64,000 bases of DNA from Anthoceros angustus (Eukaryota; Plantae; Anthocerotophyta): NCBI GenBank assembly GCA_010909165.1, contig MU008185.1:248001-312000 (forward strand), read 5' to 3'. This document shows, in pieces, positions 48,850-61,223 of the stretch. Position 1 is the first letter of the stretch. Each line of letters begins with the position of its first letter. Below the pieces are notes generated by a model, which did not search any database, was not told where the DNA came from, and saw only the letters and a list, made by a program, of their open reading frames with translations. The position numbers and the translations under genes are program-made.

Positions 48850-51800
48850 GGTCTTCACTGTGGGTGCATGCCTCAAAGGTCGTCCCGTTCAGGAAGTTAT
48901 CTGCTGTACATCCTTGAGCACCGGAGAAAAAAAACTGACCACCTCCAAAGATAACGTGTTCACAATGGGCATCACCGCCCGAGCGTCCAAGCTGTGCACC
49001 ACGAGTCTGAACCCGTCCCCACAAGCCCCCCAACATGCAAGCACTTTTTAAACAAGACCTCCTCGGTTAGCCTCTCCTGGACCATGCTCACCTCCATGCC
49101 AAGCTGCGGTCCCGGACGAAGGCGTGCAAAATGTCGAAAAAACTCCGGATCCCCAGCCGTGATGAGGGCAACGGCCTCCTTGATGGCCGCATGTTGACGG
49201 TCCGCACTTGCCCACGAGGCCTTCTTCAGCAAAGACAACACACCCATCACCTCCGGGTAGCACGCTTTCATGTCCGCCTTGAAGGCCTTCCTCAAGAACG
49301 ATGAGCCCGGCGCATCTTGCCACACCTTCGCACGCCGTCCATCTGGCTGCCAAGGGCGTGTGCAATTGTGGCCACGGTCATGGGGCATGACACTTGCACG
49401 CCGGTCGCCAGCACCATGTACACAAGGTAGCCAAAGAACCGAGCCTGTGAGTCGAGGCCTGCGTGTTAGAATGAAAGGCCTGCAGGCTATGATGAACACT
49501 CCACACACACGCGACTCACCACACAATCGCTCATCCGCGAGATGGACTTCCCCTTTTTGATGTGGTGCAGTGTCCCCGAGCCCCGGGTTGTCCTCGCCTC
49601 AAACACGCAGTTCATGAACATGGGATTACGCGGTGCCGCCATGCCTCGCCGATGCAGCGAGTCGGCCTCACAACCGTCTCGCCTCGGCAAACTACCCCCA
49701 TGCCGGTTGCGATCTTGGACATGGAACCGTGGAACAGACTTCCCATCACAATGTTGCTTGAAGAGGTCGTACAGGGCCCCGCATTCGCTGCCGCCATGCC
49801 GCAACCACCGCCGCAGCAACTCCTCCTCATCAGCAGTGGCGGAGGTTGGTTGTGGCCATGGCGGCGTATCTTGGGCACTTCAAATGCTGAATGGCAAGAG
49901 GCGCAGGAGGTCCTACCTTCAGCACAATCCGCCTCTTACACAGGCGATGCTGCTGTCTGTGGATGGGCTCCAGAGTGGTATTTGTGAGGGCGAACCGGCG
50001 CATAGCGGAGTTGGCGGCATCGTGGGCCTCTTGCGCCACTTCCAGGTAAACTGCTTCGACGTCTCCCTCACAAACTGTTACGCTCCTGCCCGCCAGGGCG
50101 GACGCTCTCTTCCATTCTCGGTGACTGTCGTGCAGGCGCAGCAACTCCTCCTCATCAACAGAGTGGCGCAGGTTGGTTGTGGCCCATGTCTCCAGCAAGT
50201 CCTCAGGCTCTATGGCCCCTAGATCGAGGGCCGGGTCTACGTCTTCCAGCTTCAAGAGCCACGCGGCGTCACGATGAAGCCTTCTCTCGACATCGTAAAG
50301 CTCCAACCCCGGACGCCACCACCGCCGCAGAACCCTCCGTGTCTATCCGATGTCCTCGCCGCTCCATAATCGAGTGCACTTCGTCAACACCGCAGCTGGT
50401 CCGGATTCCCCATCCTCGCACTCTCTCGCGCGCCGCGCGGATGTCGAAAACATCTTGGCCTCACGCGCGCGCATTCCGTTCGCAGATGGGAGATGGCGGC
50501 TTTCTTCGCAGCCTGGAGGACGGAAGGCATCGCCATGCCGCAACCACCGCTCGTATGTTTTCAAGAATCGACGCGCGGGATGGTGGCGGCTTTCTTCGCA
50601 GCCTCCGTGAGGACGGAAGCGGCGCCATGCCGCAACCACCGCTCGTATGTTTGCAATCAGCCGATGGCGGATGGCTGCGATCGCGTTCCACCGCCTTTGG
50701 ATGCTCCGCGGGCGATCGCCATCAGCCAGCCGAGGGCGCCGCTGTCCTTTCATCTCGGAATCCAATGACTACGAAGGCCCCACTGCAGCGTGCACCGTGT
50801 TTCGAGGGCGATGACGCCTGGAAGCCACTTGGTCGAAGTCGGATCTCAGCGTCCGACCGGGAGATCGAGTCCTGTCCGGTCCACCACCAGTGTGCACGTC
50901 ATCTCCGTCGAAATCCGCTTCCCCGCCGCAGGCTCCATCCTCCTCTTCCAAGACCCCTGCTTTTTCTCGGTAGTTGCGGACCATGAACGGCGTCATCTGG
51001 GATACAGGATCCCAGACATACAACAGCGCACCTTGCAAAACGTGAGCGCTCTGTGATGCAGTGCTACCGGGCGGGAACAGGAGCGGGTCATCTGTGAGGA
51101 CTGCAGTCGGCGAACTGCGCGCTAGCACCTTCTGGTTGCGCTCGATGAAGCAACCAGGGCCCAAATTGCTGCGGGGAAGGCGGAAGAGGGCTGCCACCGG
51201 TCCACGAGTGCGGCAGCCACAGTCCCCGGTTCAAACTCAGAACCGTCATACCTCGCTCCCACGGGCATGGCAGCCGGTACGTGCAACTCCACCACTGCGC
51301 CTGCGCAATCCTCGACAAAGCGCCTCCCCATCTCGCCTCGGTCCTAAGTGGATGGCCTCGTAAATGCGATTCTCGGAACCGTAATAGAGAGCTTCTTCAT
51401 GTGCACCGCCCGCCCGCCGACGCCCGCCCTCTGCCTCCCCGGGAACCATAATCGGGTGATTGCGGCGTTGTGTGAGGGGATGTTTCCCATTGCCGCACGC
51501 ACTGCGGTGTTCCGCGTGCGGAGGGAACGTGCACCCCACCCTCACCGCCCCGGTACCGCCCGGCCGCGCCCAGATCGCCGCCGATCCGCAATGCACACGC
51601 CAAGGGTCCGCCGCAGTGCCGTGTCGCACACCGGAGGGGCCTTGCGGATTGCCTCGCGCCGTGGAATTCTAGCAGCGCAGGAGGCTTGGAAACGCGCGAG
51701 GCCGACCTTGGCGTGGGGAGGATCGAAGACATTTGCATCCTCGTCGTCGGAGTTCACCCAATCTCCGAGAATGTCGCCACCGCCATCGCAGATTCAGACG

Positions 51801-52200
51801 GCGCCCGGCCTCTCCTCGCCGCCATGTTTTCACTTGGATTGGTGCGAGTCCACCAAAAAAATGGGTGTGCCTTGGTCACGGCCTCGCGATTTCCGTCAAG
51901 GGTGGAGATGGCGAGGGGCGGCGTGTCCGCGATGGCGAACCACCGGCCGATCTGCGAGGAAGATACGGGCGCCGTCTCCCGTCTTCGTCTTCGCATGACA
52001 AGAGCGGAGGTTCATTATTTCGTGGAGTCGTGCCCCAAACGCCTCAAACCCCGCTTAGGATTAAGAATGCCCGCCTTTTACTGACGGAAACACGACATTC
52101 ATTACATCGGAAAGACGGAGATGGGCGCGCCGTCTCCGGCATGCACCTCGTCGGATGGCCGCATTGTTTAAGGCGATGGTGGAGATGAGGACATGCTTAA
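48850..52200 (-). pseudogene. Unidentified, frameshifted coding remnants of the giant element
   Basis: Protein-like pieces (KACYPEVMGVLSLLKKASW; ELYDVERRLHRDAAWLLKLED; HVLQGALLYVWDPVSQMTPFMVRNYRE) with a probable GTGAGT donor near 49520. No family recognised. Confidence 0.4.
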
Positions 52201-53049
52201 ACGCGCCCTTCTAGAAGACGCGTTGTTTATGTTTGAAGTATTCGCGAGGGACCGGACAGGAGGCCGTGGACAAGAATGCGGCCCGCGCGACGCTTGGGGA
52301 AGACGCGGGTCGCATCTTCAGCAGACAGGGCCATGCCCGGTGGCGTGAGCAGTGTTCGCGTTGCCTACAAAACATCGGCCGCTCACGGAAGGGGATTCCG
52401 ACATGACCAAGGACGGCCGTGTTCGCTCGTAGCAATTTGCGGTTTATGTCAAATCACTTCCTCCATACGTTTGTTGAACCCAAGCATATATAGTGAATTT
52501 GTCCTGCATTTCGAACGAATGGATGGCGGAATAATGATGGATATTGAGTATGAGGTTTTTGTTCACACATGGCTAGTAGGAAAAGGTTTTGGGCCAAACT
52601 ATAAGGCCCAAAAAGGATGGAACATAATGCATAATGTTCAATTTTCAAAGGCCAAGGAAGATAGTGGTACATATAGCAGAGGACTTGACAACCTTGGCCT
52701 TTGGGATATTTGAAAGGAGGAAACATCATGCATGGTGTGTCCATGCCAAAGGCCAAGGAAGGCGAGAGGCATATACTACAAAGGACATGTCATCCTTGGC
52801 ATTTGGGATTTGTCAACGAAACATCATGCATGTTGTTTCAACCACCAAAGGCCAAGGAAGTTAGTGCTACATATACTACGGTAGGCTTGGTCTTCCCATA
52901 TGTGTGTGTCAATAGTTGGATGGCATGCGGATGTAAAGGTAAAACATCTTTAGGGTTTAGCGAAGGGGCGTTGGCGTGTTAGAGCATGTGCACATATGCA
53001 TGTAATCCGCATATATAGACATAAATATTACATATGTCTTGTTCCTTGG

Positions 53050-54290
53050 ACTTTGGCCTATAGTAGGATTGATAGGACATGCTAGCATCCTTGAAAGGTT
53101 GGTATATAATATATGGATATATATGTAGGAGAAAGTTGAAAACTAAGCATGTCACGCAGATGTGCTCGTTTTTCTTCCTCTATCCCTTGCAAAGCAAATT
53201 TTCCATGCATCGTCGATAAAGTTTCTTGGCATATGCCTAAGGATCTTTGTGCAGTAGCAATGGAAAAGCTTCTTATTTTTGTTTCCCTTTTCTATGTATC
53301 GCGAAAGGGTTTTCCTTTATATGCATCAATGAAAAGGGTCCTTGCACTTTGGTACAAGTGATAATGTCTTCGTCTTGGAAAAGAGGTATATTATGTTTCT
53401 ATATATGCGGGAAAAATACCGTATACACCGCATAATATGTGAGAAGTTGTGCTCTCTAGTTTTGCCTTCTTCTATCCTTCGTCGATGGCAATGTTTCCCA
53501 TGCATCATGAACAAAGTTCCTTGGGGCATGGGGAATGAACTTTGTCCATGATGCATGCGAAAACTGCATATGGTTTTTGCCCTTTTTTCGTGCGAAGCTT
53601 CAGGGAAAATGGTCCTTGGCCTTTGGTAGAAGTGAATGGTAATGTCTTCATCTTAGAACTAAGGTATATTATGTATGTCTATATATGCAAGAATAACACC
53701 GTTAACGTGCATGATAGGATAGAAGTTGTGTTGTGGGTTTTTGCCTTTTGTGCTTCGCGCATCGCTTTTTTTCCATGCATCCTGGACAGAGTTCCTTGGC
53801 CTATGGCGAAGGAACTGTTTCCAGGGTGCATTGAAAAGTTCCTTTCCATATGTTACCTTTTGTATGCTTCGTGCATCTTTCCCGACATGTGGGAAAAGGC
53901 TCCTTGGCCTTTGGCACATGTGACTATGAATGTATTCGCTGCTGAACCGAGGTATATCATGTATGTCTCTATATGTGCGAATAACAACGTAAACTCGCAT
54001 GACATGGGCGAAGTTTTGTTTTGGTTTTGTCCTTGTAATCTTCGCTGGCAATTCTTTGAATGCATCCTCCAAAACCTTGGCCCATGGGGATTGATTTTTC
54101 CCACGATGCGTGGAAATTTTCCTTATGTTTTTCCCGATGCTTGGCCTATGTGTATGCTTGGCCAATGGAATTGTCTCTACATGCATCATCGAAAAGGGTC
54201 CTTCGCCTATGGTACAAGACATTGTTCATGACCGGTCTTTGAAACTAGTTATATCATACATGGCTATATATGTAGGAATAACGTGGAAAA
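53050..54290. repeat. AT-richer degenerate ~285 bp tandem repeat (4-5 copies) in the element centre
   Basis: Recurring aggtatat(t/c)atgt...tatatg...aata block at ~53385, 53660 and 53950, with weaker copies near 53100 and 54250. Confidence 0.7.
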
Positions 54291-55499
54291 CAAACATGGT
54301 GCGGTTGGTATACGATTTTCCCTCCGCATCGCGGGCGTAAATCATTGGCCACATGGCGGATGACGTTTTGGATGATGCATGCCATTACGTTGTCCCGCAT
54401 GACCGCACCGCTCAAGGTTGTGGAGTCCGAGGCACAAACGCCAAGGAACGGCAGCAAACTCGCCCCGTCCGGCCGCGATCCACAACGGCGTGAACGTTGG
54501 GAAGCGATCCGAACTTGCCGTGATGGGCGGAACGAATCGGCCATACCGAGGGAAAGAGCAGGAAGCGGCCGAGGAAGAATGGCGAGGGGCGGCGGGGCGC
54601 GAGACAATGGAAGCGGACGACCGTGCATAGAACGGCGGGGCCGCGCTGCCATCCCGGTGTTGTAAGGCGATTGGTGTGGAGGTGATTATGCGTGCGATGG
54701 ACACCTCCCGCCTCTACACGGGTGTAGGTGTGCGGAACCGCGGTGGATGACGAACACGCCAAGTGTGATGGATGGGAGGGAAGGAGCCGAGTGCAGTGCG
54801 CGTGCTCTGGCGATGGCGGACGACAATGGGCAATCGCTTTTCCGCGCACATCCTTGGAATGGAAGCGGAGGAGTTTGCATGGTGGCTAGTGGAAACGCCG
54901 AGGAGGTGGTGCGGAAGGGAGGACTTACAGTGCAGCTTAACGATCACAACACACGAGCGCAGAAGGGATTGTCGGCGTCAGCGGTGTCTGTGGCCGCCGA
55001 GGGAGGTGAAGCTCCGGTGGGACAAAGGGAAAGGAATCGGGAGGACGAGTGGCCCAAGCGGGATGGCTGTGGAAGGGAAGGCGGAGGAGGAGGCGGGGAG
55101 TGGCATGGATGATGGGAGGGCACGCCTCCCCATGGCCATGGCGACGGCGGCATGGTGCGGAAGGGGTCTAGCAGACCATTTTGTTTGCTGTTGCTATTTT
55201 TGCTTGCTATGCGATCACGCTATGACCTGCTGCACATTAGTGGCAATGGTAGTAATACTGGCGGTGGCAGCCGCAGCTTTTGTTTGTGTGGACCGAGACG
55301 GGTGACCCGGTCGGCGCCATTATATGCAATTGGTAGGAAACCCCCAGAAAATGATTCTGAATAGTGATGTGTTTTAGGCGGTCCAGTATACGCTCCACAG
55401 CGAGTGTCATGTGAAGAGGAAAGGGGTTGGCGGTTAAGGACACGAACACAAGGAGGGCCAAAAGGGTTGACAAATCGCTAGTGCACATAAATGTCATGG

Positions 55500-58400
55500 T
55501 TGCCATGCGGGTTAGGCGGTCGCCCGCCTCCCCATGGAGGCGGGAGTAAAGCCGAGGTCGATCAAGGAGGGGCGATTGCCGCCGAGACCGAGGCCGAGGG
55601 GAGGGCATCGTGCCTCCCCATGGAGAAGGAGTCGGGCGGGGCGCCTCCCCATGGCCATGGCGATGGCGGGGCGCCTCCCCATGTCCATGGCGACGGAGGG
55701 CACGCCTCCCCATGGAGAGGCGGCGGTGGCGCCATCCCGCAAGGCCGGCGCAATTGGAAACAACGACGCAAAGGCGCGGCGGGCGGGCGGGAGTAAAGCC
55801 GAGGTCGATCAAGGAGGGGCGGGAGTGATGGAGAAGGAGACAAGCGCGGTGGCGGGAGGCGGGGAGGGGAGGGAGGCGGCGGCATGGTGCCCGCACTTGC
55901 CGGGCGGAGGGCACAGCCACTCTTCCTTGGCGGGAGGGCGGCGGAGGGCGGCAGGAGAAGGGGAAGCGAGGGGAGAGGCCTCCCCATGGCCATGGCGACG
56001 GCAGAGGGGCGGCGCGGCGGGCAGCAGGGGCGGGAGGCATCGTGCCTCCCCATGGAGAAGGAGGCGGAGGGGCGGCCTCCCCATGGTGGCGGCGGCAGCG
56101 GCGGGGCCCAGCAATGGCGCAGCGGGGAGGGGAGGCCGCCTCCCCATGTCCATGACGGAGGCGAGGGGCGAGCCGCCCGCCTCAAGGAAAGGGGCAGGTG
56201 GCCTCCCGATGGAGGCGCAGGCGGGGGCGGGGGCGGCAGCGGGGAGGGCACCGCCTCCCCATGGAGAAGGAGCGGGCGGGGCAGAGGCGCCTCCCGATGG
56301 AGGCGGCGGCAGGCGCCTCCCGGCGGCGGCGGGAGGGGAGGGGGCCTCGCCTCCCCATGGCCATGGAGACGGAGGCGGGAGGGCGAGCCGCCCGCCTCAA
56401 GGAGGGGGGCTGTGGCCTCCCGGCGATGGAGGCGCAGGGGAGGGCATCGTGCCTCCCCATGGCCATGGGCGGCAGAGGCGCCCGCCTCCCCATGGAGAAG
56501 GAGCGGGCAGAGGCGCCTCCCCGAACGATGGAGGCGGCAGGGGGAGACTGTGCCTCCCCATGGAGGCGGGCGGAGGGGAGGCGCCTCGCCTCCAAGGAAC
56601 GGTGGCCTCCCCATGGAGAGGCGGGCGGGGAGGGCGGCAGGAGGCGGGGAGGGGAGACTGCCTCCCCATGGAGAAGGGGCGGGCGGCAGTGCAGGCGCCT
56701 CGGAGATGGAGGCGGCAGTGGCCTCCCCATGGCCATGGCGCAGCGGGGAGGGCACTGCCTCCCCATGTCCATGGCGACGGAGGCGGGAGGCGAGCCGCCC
56801 GCCTGAGGAGGGGGGGCCAGGCCTCCCGGCGATGGAGGCGGCAGCGGCGGGTGCCCAGGCGGCAGTGCGGGGAGGGCCGCCTCCCCATGGAGAAGGAGTC
56901 GGGCGGGCAGAGGCGCCCCCGGCGATGGAGGCGGCGGCAGCGGGGGAGGCGCAGCGGGGAGGGGAGGCCGCCTCCCCATGGCCATGGAGGCGGGGGCGGA
57001 GGGCGAGCGCCGCCTCAAGGAAAGGGGCGGGGCGGTGGCCTCCCGGCGGCGCGGAGGCGGCGGTGGCGCGGGGAGGGCGAGGGGAGGGCGGCGCCTCCCC
57101 ATGGTGATGGACGGAGGCGGCGGGGAGGCGGGGCGCGGGGAGGCGAGGGGAGGCGGGAGGGGCGAGCCGCCCGCCTCGAAAGGCAGTGGCCTCCCGGCGA
57201 TGGAGGCCGCAGCGGGGAGGGCAGCCTCCCCATGTCCATGGCGAGGGGAGGAGGAGGCACGCCTCCCCATGGAGAAGGAGTCGGGCGGGCAGAGGCGCCT
57301 CAACGATGGAGGCGGCGGCAGTGCGGGGAGGGGAGACTGCCTCCCCATGGCGGCGGAGGCGGGCGGAGGGGAGGGCAAAGGCGCCCGCCTCAAGGAAAGG
57401 GGCGGGGGCGGCCTCCCGGCGATGGAGGCGGGCGGGCGGGCGGCGGCAGTGGGGAGGGGAGACTGCCTCCCCATGGAGAAGGGGCGGGGGGCAGAGGCGC
57501 CTCCCCGGAGATGGAGGCGGCGGGCGGCAGTGGCCTCCCAGCTGGCGCAGGGGAGGGCAGCCTCCCCATGTCCATGGCGACGGAGGCGGAGGCGAGCCGC
57601 CCGCCTGAGGAGGGGGGGCCAGGCCTCCCGGCGATGGAGGCGGCAGCGGCGGGTGCCCAGGCGTGGCGCGGGGAGGAGGAGCGGGGAGGCGCCTCCCCAT
57701 GGAGAAGAGTCGGGCGGGGCGGGGCGCCTCCCGGCGATGGGCGGCGGCAGGGGCCCAGGCGTGGCGGAGGCGCCTCCCCATGGCCATGGGCGGGGCGTGG
57801 AGGCGAGCCGCCTCCCCATGGAGAAGGGGCGGGGCATGGCCTCCCCTCGGCGATAGGCGGCGGTGGCGGCGGGGAACCCCAGGCGGGGCGGGGAGGCGAG
57901 CCGCCTCCCCATGGTGATGGACGGAGGCGGCGGGGAGGCGGGGCGCGGGGAGGAGGCGGAGGCGGGAGGGCGAGCCGCCCGCCTCGAAAGGCAGTGGCCT
58001 CCCCGGCGATGGAGGCCGCAGCGGGGAGGGCAGCCTCCCCATGTCCATGGCGAGGGGAGGGCACGCCTCCCCATGGAGAAGGAGTCGGGCGGGCAGAGGC
58101 GCCTCCCCGAACGATGGAGGCGGCGGCAGTGCGGGGAGGGGAGACTGCCTCCCCATGGCGACGGAGGCGGGGCGGAGGGGCGGGCAGAGGCGCCCGCCTC
58201 AAGGAAAGGGGCGGGCAGGCCTCCCGGCGATGGAGGCGGGGCGGGGCGGCAGGCGGAGGCGAGCACAAGGGGAGGAGGAGGCTGCCTCCCCATGGAGAAG
58301 GGGCGGGGGGCAGAGGCGCCTCCCCGGAGATGGAGGCGGCGGGCAGAGGCGCCTCCCAGCTGGCGCAGGGGAGGGCAGCCTCCCCATGTCCATGGCGACG

Positions 58401-58850
58401 GAGGCGGAGGCGAGTCGCCCGCCTGAGGAAAGGGGCAGTGGCCTCCCCGGCGGAGGCCGCAGCGGCTGGGTGCCCGGCGGCGGGGAGGGCACGCCTCCCC
58501 ATGGAGAAGGAGTCGGGCGGGCAGAGGCGCCCCCGGCGATGGAGGCGGCAGGCGGCGGGGCGTGGAGGCGCAGCGGGGAGGCCGCCTCCCCATGGCCATG
58601 GAGGCGGGGGCGTGGAGGCGAGCCGCCTCAAGGAAAGGGGCGGGGCGCCTCCCCGGCGATGGAGGCGGCGGTGGCGCGGGGAACCTGCAATGGGCGGGGA
58701 GGGCACCGCCTCCCCATGGTGATGGACGTGGAGGTGGGCCGGAGCGAGGAGCCACGGTGAGGAGACGTGGGAGGGCAGTTGCCTCCCCACGCGATGGCGG
58801 GGAGGCACGCCTCCCCATGGCGAGGGGAGAGGGAGCGGAGCATTGCGCAT
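55500..58850. repeat. G-rich satellite built on GCCTCCCCATGG
   Basis: Roughly 40 copies (by eye) of (g)cctccccatg(g) separated by variable purine-rich linkers such as agaaggagtcgggcggg, ccgcctcaaggaaagggg and cctcccggcgatggaggcg. Confidence 0.92.
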
Positions 58851-58889
58851 TGGAGGAGGAAGGCAACCCCGCTTTGGGGACGACGGGTC

Positions 58890-61223
58890 GCTGAGGACGA
58901 GGGCGATTGCCGCCGAGGCCGAGGCCGAGGGGAGGAGGAGGAGGATGGGCTGCCTCACGCCGGGCCGCCGGAGGCCGAGCTCGGCATGGCGGTGGCGGTG
59001 GCGGTGGCGGAGGCCGCCATGCCCGACCCCGAGGTCGGCCATGGTGGCGGGAGGGCGATCGCCGCCGCCGAGACCGAGGCCGACGGAGGGCCCGGCGATG
59101 GCGGGATCGAGGCGGGATGCGGAAGGCGTGGAGGCGGGGCGGGGAGGCACGCCTCCCCATGGAGACGGAGGCGGCGGGGCGGGCGGCGGCGATCTCAGGG
59201 AGTGGACCGAGCGCGCCACCGCTTGAGGAAGGCCGTGTATGGGAGGAATAACCGCCCATCGGTGGCGCCATCTCGACGTGGAACGGAAGCAGCAGATTAG
59301 GCGGAGGCTCGGGCGCGGGGAGGAGGAGCGGAGGCGGACGGCGAGCTCACGGCGGTGGAGGCGGAGGCGAGCCGCCTCCCCATGGCCATGGAGGCGGAGG
59401 CGGAGGCGGAGGAGGAGGTGGGAGCAACCTGTGACGGTGGCGGAGCGGAGGCCATGTCGGAAGAAGATGGAGAGCGGAGTGCGCCCAACCCCAACTCCGC
59501 GGAGGGCGAGCACAAGGGGAGGAAGCGCGATTACGAGGAGTCGGACACGGTCCGGCGGAAGCGCCGCGGCCAAGGCGGGTGCCTCCGACGCCCAATGCCC
59601 GGACGCGGCTTGAGGACGGGCGGAGGGCGATTGCCGCCGAGGCCGAGGAGGAGGAGGCTGCCTCACGCGCCGGGCCCGAGCCGAGGCCGAGCTCGGCATG
59701 GCGGTGGCGGAGGCGAGTCGCCCGCCTCCGCCCAATGCCCGACCCCGAGGTCGGCCATGGTGGCGGGAGGGCGGCGATCGCCGCCGAGACCGAGGCCGAC
59801 GGAGGGCCCGCGATGGCGGGATCGAGGCGGGATGCGGGCGTGGAGGCGGCGGCGGGGCGGAGGCGGAGGCGGCGGGCGGCAGCGGCGGCGGGCGGCGATC
59901 TCAGGGAGTGGACCGAGCGCGCCATCCGGTTGAGGAAGGCCGTATGGGAGGAATAACCAGTTCCATCGGTGGCGCCATCTCGACGTGGAACGGAAGCAGC
60001 AGATTAGGCGGAGGCTCGGGCGCGGGCGGCGGAGGAGGAGCGGAGGCGGCGGGGCGCGGGCGGCAGGCGGCGGTGGAGGAGATCCGGCACAGAGGAGGAG
60101 GAGGAGGAGGAGGAGGAGGAGGGTGGGAGCAACTCCGCTGGCGGTGGCGGAGCGGAGGCCATGTCGGAAGAAGATGGAGAGCGGAGTGCGCCCAACCCCA
60201 ACTCCGCGGAGGGCGAGCACAAGGGGGAGGAAGCGCGACTACGAGGAGTCGGACACGGTGTCCGAAGTGGAAGCGCGGCGGCCAAGGCGGGTGCCTCCGA
60301 CGCCCAATGCCCGGACGCGGCTTGAGGACGGGCGGAGGGCGATTGCCGCCGAGGCCGAGGGGAGGAGCGGAGGCGGGTGCCTCACGCGCCGGGCCCGAGC
60401 CGAGGCCGAGCTCGGCATGGCGGTGGCGGAGGCCATGTCCGCCGCCGCCATGCCCGACCCCGAGGTCGGCCATGGTGGCGGGAGGGCGGCGATCGCCGCC
60501 GAGACCGAGGCCGACGGAGGGCCCGCGATGGCGGGATCGAGGGCGGGATGCGGGCGTGGAGGCGGCGGTGGCGGAGCGGAGGCGGAGGCCATGGTGGCGG
60601 AGGCGGCGATCTCAGGGAGTGGACCGAGCGCGCCAGTCCGGTTGAGGAAGGCAGTTTATGGGAGGAATAACCAGTTCCATCGGTGGCGGCATCTCGACGT
60701 GGAGCGGAAGCAGCAGATTAGGCGGAGGCTCGGGAGGCAGGGCTGCGGAGGGGAGGAGCGGGAGGCGCTGCTGCGCGAGCTCACGGCGGTGGAGGGCAGC
60801 ATCCGGCGGCACACCGTAGGAGGAGGAGGAGGAGGAGGAGGGGTGGGAGCAACTGCAGCTGACGGTGGCGGAGCGGAGGCCATGTCGGAAGAAGATGGAG
60901 AGCGGAGTGCAGCTCCAACCCCAACTCCGCGGAGGGCGAGCACAAGGGGGAGGAAGCGCGACTACGAGGAGTCGGACACGGTGTCCGAAGTGGAAGCGCG
61001 GCGGCCAAGGCGGGTGCCTCCGACGCCCAATGCCCGGACGCGGCCTGCTGGAGGCGGGGACGCGGCCAACCGGGACAGGAGAGCGATGAGCCGCGGAATG
61101 CTCGACGCCGTCGAGGCCATGGAGGGCACAATTAAGGTTCTCCGGCAGATGATCAAGCGCATGGAGGACGAGGGAAGTAGGCGGCGTCGTCATCCCTTGT
61201 GCTCGAGTTGCATCACCAGTTAG
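58890..61223 (+). pseudogene. Triplicated (~715 bp x3) coding-like unit of a second element gene, ending in a coiled-coil-like tail
   Basis: RLRKAVYGRNNQFHRWRHLDVERKQQIRRRLG and GRKRDYEESDTVSEVEARRPRRVPPTPNARTR occur three times. The unique ending is AMSRGMLDAVEAMEGTIKVLRQMIKRMEDEG...*. Confidence 0.5.

Noticed and set aside
48600-48970. Possible JmjC or TET/JBP dioxygenase (DAHCEH..., TAISHNTV)
   Set aside because: The motifs lie in different frames and lack convincing HxD...H spacing or strand pattern.
53542-54231. 229 aa ORF in the element centre
   Set aside because: It is a translation of the ~285 bp tandem repeat, with no domain signal.
55500-58850. CRISPR-like constant repeat with variable spacers
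   Set aside because: Eukaryotic context, a repeat of only 12 bp, spacers that are re-used modules of irregular length, and no cas genes.
55534-59735. Very long ORFs (780-1060 aa) on both strands in the GC satellite
   Set aside because: Stop codons are nearly absent in all frames because of composition; the translations are low-complexity R/G/A/P with no domain signal.
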